A stretch of 58,365 nt of DNA, counting the filler, from Bipalium vagum (taxonomy: Eukaryota), in the NCBI GenBank assembly GCA_037834085.1. It is 3 parts of 3 records of this genome, joined end to end, with 100 filler letters (N's around TTAATTAATTAA, not from the genome) between each part and the next. Parts side by side here need not be neighbours in the genome. Positions count along the whole stretch, not along the records: positions 39,235 to 58,365 come from JBBMKC010009748.1; 2 more parts are not named here. One strand, given 5' to 3'. Every line of letters starts with the position of its first letter. The first letter of the stretch is position 1. Shown here one piece after another: positions 53,247 through 58,365 of this stretch. The notes beneath the pieces were generated by a model, which did not search any database, was not told where the DNA came from, and saw nothing but the letters and a program-made list of their open reading frames with translations. Position numbers and translations under genes: made by a program.

Positions 53247-54499
53247 TTCATGTTCGAATGTGGTAAAAATCTGCTTTGTCTGTGAATAGATAAAGGTTTA
53301 TTCTTCATGAAACAATATTTAAAATTTAATTATTCACCTGCTTTTTGATCACTATTTTTGCATTTATACCTTCATATATGTGATATGATTATTTACAATA
53401 TACAATACTGTTACTTATAAATACTCATAGTTGAGTACTTTGATATCGAATAATTTATTCAGAAATAATTTTCCAAAAAGTCATATTTTTTTATAAATAC
53501 AAAAAGACCGGAATAAGAAAATCATTTTATTATGACAAACAGATAATATGACTGAACGATTGCAATTATACAGGTTGGGTCTAAAAATATGTCAAGGTAC
53601 TGTAGAATAAGAGTAATGAACAGAATTAAATATTGTAAGAACCTTACGACCTAAAATGATCAACCTTGTATGATCCCATTTCATGTTGGTTGTCAGAGGA
53701 ACTGGTCTACTAAGTAAATTCGAACCAATGTGAGAAACAAATCATCACCGCATGATCAATACAATACAGATGATCAAAAGAGGAATTGTTGTAATAAATA
53801 AATTTTTGTAAATGATGCAATATGCTTAATATAATATTTGACATTAAATTTTATTGTGATCTTGTCCTTTTTGCAGATCTTGCCAATACGTTTTAGGTTG
53901 ATTTTTTAATTTCTAGAAATTAATTAAATGTGTGGGCACAGTTTATTTGGTAATAAAAGAAACAATCTAAATAACATTTTTATCGACTGCCAATCAGAAT
54001 TATATAAGAAATTTATGATTTTTATTAGATTTTAAATTTTGCTTTAATTATTAAATCCTTTTATCAATTACATCTTTCCATGTTTCTTTAAAATCTATTA
54101 TTAGGTTGTAATATAATTTTTCCTCATTTTGATTTTATTTGTAGAGACAATAAAATATTTTTTTACGAATAATAATGAAAAATCAATAATTTAATTTTTC
54201 ATTAAATCATTATTTTTTAGGACTTTCTTAAAATATAATTTATCAATCTGTCTCTAAGACTCCGATATAGATCCGTCTAGATTGTCTTATATTCTTGTGT
54301 AGTCATTTTGAAATAATAATTCAAAGTTGAAACAATAATTATAATGTATTTTATTCAATCCGATTAACCAAACAAACTTTTCAAACTTGGACCTCGCTTT
54401 TTATTAAAATTAAATTATCTACTTTTTTAAAATTAACCAACATTTTTTTAAAAATTAAAAAAAACATTATAATTTTTAAAAACTTTAAATTAAAAACAT

Positions 54500-55620
54500 T
54501 TAATATTTGTTAATCTAGGCACGAGGTCCTTATATAAAAAATTCAAACAAACTAATTCTTCGAATCACTCCTCATAGTCTTCAAATTATTTTTTCACTAT
54601 TGATAAATTTTAATAAATTACTAGTGAAATGTGAAACCTCCTTCCTGCAATTATTTTACTTTTTTTACTATCTTAGCTTAGTTAGAAGTAACCTTAGCTG
54701 AGCCCTGCCTTCTCTTCACTATTCTTTCCTATTCACTGCTAATTCGAATCCCTACTTGAATCACAATAACCACTATAAACCTTAGTCGTTCACAAATAAA
54801 TCAAAACAATCACTATAAACTTTATCTTATATTTGCGCAATGAATCAAAGTAATCAAAATGAAACTTTAATTATCACAATGATAAAACGCAAAAAGTTTG
54901 AAATCACAACGAAGATATAAGTTATCAATGAATAATAATGAATCTGTGACTAAATATCAATATAATTATTAATTAAGAAAACCATTAATTAAAGAAATAT
55001 CAATTTTTAAATGAAACAAGAGAAATTATCGCCGTTAAATCTCAATTAGTCCCCGGGTCGCCCGCTAGGCTCTTTACAACCACATATGGATTCCAAATCT
55101 CGATGAGACTCATTTAAAGATCTTCTCACCTTGTCATTTAGAAAGAAATATAATAATAATGAGCTACTCTGAATTTTTCAAATTATCGACAAAATTGCTT
55201 TCTGGTCGTAACTTTGACGAACTCAACAGACACTATTTAATACTATTCGGTCCTCCGAATCCCCTAAATTTAATAACTTAAGCTGAACAACTTAAATCTT
55301 TTATTAGCATAAAAAAACAACATATATAACAATGTTATTAACAAAAATGGTCAAAATGTTGAATTTGCTTTTCAATTCCACTTCTCTCAACTCGATCCTC
55401 AAAATTTCTTTTTGGCTCTGGCCCGTTCCAATTCCATCAGCTCTTTTTTGTTGACTTCCCATCTTTCTCTTCCTATCATTCACTAATGAATTTCTTAACC
55501 TATGTTTCGCCATTTCTATTTCCTTCGGACCAGCGTTCCTGACTTCCTTCTGAGTTACTTTCTTTGTTTTCCTTTGGATCACTATCTTTTTTTCTCCCTG
55601 TTGTGAGCTTGTGATTTCAT
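54500..55620 (-). mobile_element. Possible LTR-retrotransposon remnant
   Basis: NDKVRR and NPYVVVK resemble the integrase C-terminal GPY/F region; charged ORF 55304-55582; weak. Confidence 0.3.
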
Positions 55621-56040
55621 GGTTTTTTGTGTAACGCGTTAAATTAAAAAGGCATTATTTGAAAATTGGTCCAAGTTTATATAAAATGTTTAGTAAAACA
55701 TCCATATTATTCCATTTTCCAGATTAACAGGGATTGACTGTATTGTAAATTTTGTAAAAAAAACACATCTCTAAAAATAATAAAAGTCATCATGAAAATA
55801 CTATAAACATGAAAAAATAAACAACTGAAAAACAACGAGAACGAAGAAAAAGTAATGACATCAACGAACAAAAAACGAGAACTAAAAAACAACTATTAAA
55901 AAGTACAACAAAGGAGTAACAAAAAAGTTTTAAATATTCAAGAAATTCATGAAAAATATCAAAGTTTTTTTTAAAAAAAAGGTGGTGATTTAAAATCAGC
56001 AATTATAAATAATACATATTTTAATAAATTTACAACATGA

Positions 56041-57440
56041 AAATATCTAGGAGAATTACATTAAAAATCCTTAAACCCTTTTAATAAAAACAAATACTGT
56101 GTACTAATTTATGGGTCAAATGGAGTTGAGTGGACTTTTCATCGATGTGTGCTAGTGTTTTTAAAGTTAAAATTTTCAGTTAAAAATGGAATTCAGAAAA
56201 TGTAAAAAAATATATGAAAGCTTAATATTTTATATAAAACTTTAAAAATGCAATATCTTCAAATTGCGGGAAACTCCTAAAATCTTCTAAGGACTGATCC
56301 CGATAGTAAAAACAGAGAAGAACAAATATTTATAAAAGATTAGAAGCTATAATGAAATAGTTGAAAATTTTAAAGACAATCAAGATTTATCAATTCTTCA
56401 AATTCCAGAACCTGGTGCCATTCCAATCAACAGAATGATCAAGCAACAGTGAAATATGATGTAAAATATATCTACAGATTTACAAGATTGTCATGTTGCT
56501 GATGTTGAAAGGATATATGAAATGAACAATATTCAAAATCCAACCCTAAGAGAAAATCTTAAAAGAGCTTTAGTAAAATTAATCGTGCAGAGCAAGATAG
56601 CTTTCGGGTTAGGAGGATTATATCTTTCGATAGCTGTAGGGTTAGGATTAGAAAGATCAAGTAAAAATATTGCAAATGAAAAAATATTTGAAAACTCTAA
56701 AGTTATTCCTCCTGAAAAAGTAAACAATTAGTAAATGAACTTCATAAATAAATTAGAAAACCCAAACAGTATCTTAAAGTTAAAGTTTTTGGTCAGCAGA
56801 TTTAACATTTGTCCCAGGAGAAAAATATTGTAAAATACTTCTAACAGTTATTGATTTATATAGTCGTTTTGCTATTGTTGTTCCTTTAAAAAATAAAACT
56901 TGAAATTCTATAACAGATGCTTTTGATGAAATATTTGGAAACTAACAAAGACAACTTTAAAAACTTTGGGTTAATATAGGTACTGAATTTTACAAAAACA
57001 CTGAGGATTTTTGTGATGATAATGAAATAGAGGATGAAGGGAAAATTTTTTTAAAATTTACACAACAAGGAAACAAGAAATGGATTATCAAATTTAATTA
57101 ATTTGTATGACAATAAAATTCATAGATCAATTTGTATATCTCCTAACGAAGCTACTAAGAATTCTGAAAAATTAAAAAAAACTGAAAAACATGAAAATGA
57201 AACTACTTTAAAATTAAATTCTATATCAAAAGTCAAACAAAGTTCCAAATTTGAGATCATGTAAGAATTTTCAAATATAAAAATAAATTTGAGGAATGTT
57301 ATACAATAAAATGGACAGAGTAAATATTTTTATAAATGAAATTTATTATACAAACCCAATGGTTTATGGTATTATAGATTTAAATGGTGAAAAAATATTA
57401 AGGAGGTTATATGAAAATAAGTTGCAACAATCTTATTTAA
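56041..57440 (+). mobile_element. Endogenous Polinton/Maverick (adintovirus-like) fragment: PLA2-like gene plus retroviral-type integrase, pseudogenised
   Basis: GELH*KS...KYC; PGAIPIN..DQA.VKYDVKY..DLQDCHVAD..IYEMNNIQNPTLRE..RALVK..K..FGLG; then ELHK*IRK, WSADL, KYLLTVIDLYSRFAIVVPLKNKT, LWVNIGTEFY and WTE..YGIIDLNGEKI..YENKLQ. Confidence 0.85.
56101..56381 (+). ncRNA. 5' half of a group I intron (IC1/viral-like), truncated
   Basis: GCTAGT (56151), 14-bp P2.1 stem 56155-56168/56238-56251, core P element AAATTGCGGGAAA (56261-56273), P5 stems and GACAATC (start of Q). It interrupts the PLA2-like reading frame just after YC. Confidence 0.65.
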
Positions 57441-58365
57441 GAAGTAAGACCGAGTTTTGAAAATGATTTTTATAAATTAATTTGGAAATACTCATTTATA
57501 TCATCTAATATATTTAACTCATAATATTATTGAGAATATTTAGACAGCTCTTATTTTTATTAAGTGAATAACATTAAATATTTATTAACATTTTTTTTCA
57601 AGATTATGGTTTAAAATTTAACAAGCATTTATCTTTTTATGGCTTTTAATATTGGAATATTTAAATATTAAATAATTAAAATTTATTTGAAATTTATTAT
57701 ATTTTAAAACATTAATAAATTTCAAAGTATAATTAAATAATAAAGATTAAATTAAAGAATTAATTAAAACGAAAACGCTGAACGATTGCATAGATAAGCA
57801 TGATTTAAACCGTTTACCTATAAAAATTGTGGAGACTCCCACCTTCAGGCCAACCAAATCAACCGAACCCTTCAAAAACGTCAATCCAACCAAAGCAATC
57901 AAAGCCTTCGAAGCAATAACATTATAGCATTGATTTTAAACATTTTTAGTGATCATTTATTGTTTCATTTTATGTATAAAAAACAAAATATAATTCTGTT
58001 TAATTTTATTTATTTATTTGTTTCATGTAAAAGTTAAAACCCGGAATTTGATTTTAATAATTCTCCTTCTCGTCTGTTTAATTAATATAAAATATAAAAT
58101 AAAATATAAAATTATAGTAAAAATAATATATAAAATATAAAAAATTAATCATTTTGATGATTAATTTATAAAATATTGGGAAAAAATTGTTTAGTATTAG
58201 TATAACATAAAGTAACTATAAATAATTTTTCAATAAAAATTTTAATCAATGTTACTATAAATAAATTTATGGTAAAAAATTTTTAAGCTGAATTCTAAAA
58301 ATAGTAACATAAAGTTACTATAATTAAAAATACAGAAAAATAAAATAATATAAATACTGAAGTGT

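Noticed and set aside
57835-57930. Loosely repetitive C/A-rich stretch
   Set aside because: No clear period, ORF or structure could be supported.
1-58365. CRISPR arrays, tRNA/rRNA genes, prokaryotic operons, and most short ORFs in the track
   Set aside because: None seen. The DNA is spliceosomal-intron eukaryotic sequence, and the short I/L/F/K/N-rich ORFs are AT-rich noise or TE antisense frames.

Overview
Very AT-rich, intron-containing eukaryotic DNA from an invertebrate animal; the innexin looks spiralian/flatworm-like (inference). The window holds three segments joined by artificial N44-TTAATTAATTAA-N44 linkers (1-19823, 19924-39134, 39235-58365). Host genes: a complete 10-exon carnitine palmitoyltransferase 2 (minus, 660 aa), one large internal innexin exon (plus), a 3'-incomplete EF-hand-like gene (minus) and a complete 9-exon TR2/TR4 (NR2C)-like nuclear receptor (plus, ~527 aa). 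Introns are either ~45-130 bp or inflated by decayed DNA transposons: mariner DD34D, Tc1 DD34E, DD37D, DD39D, IS630-like, pogo/Tigger, hAT-like, and probable MULE and P-like remnants. There are two Polinton/Maverick (adintovirus-like) fragments. In the larger one, the PLA2-like gene is interrupted by what looks like the 5' half of a Tetrahymena-type group I intron; this is the most unusual item. The central innexin segment carries many GC-richer islands that form plus-strand stem-loops with G-U pairs. All gene models and family assignments were made by eye, without database searches.
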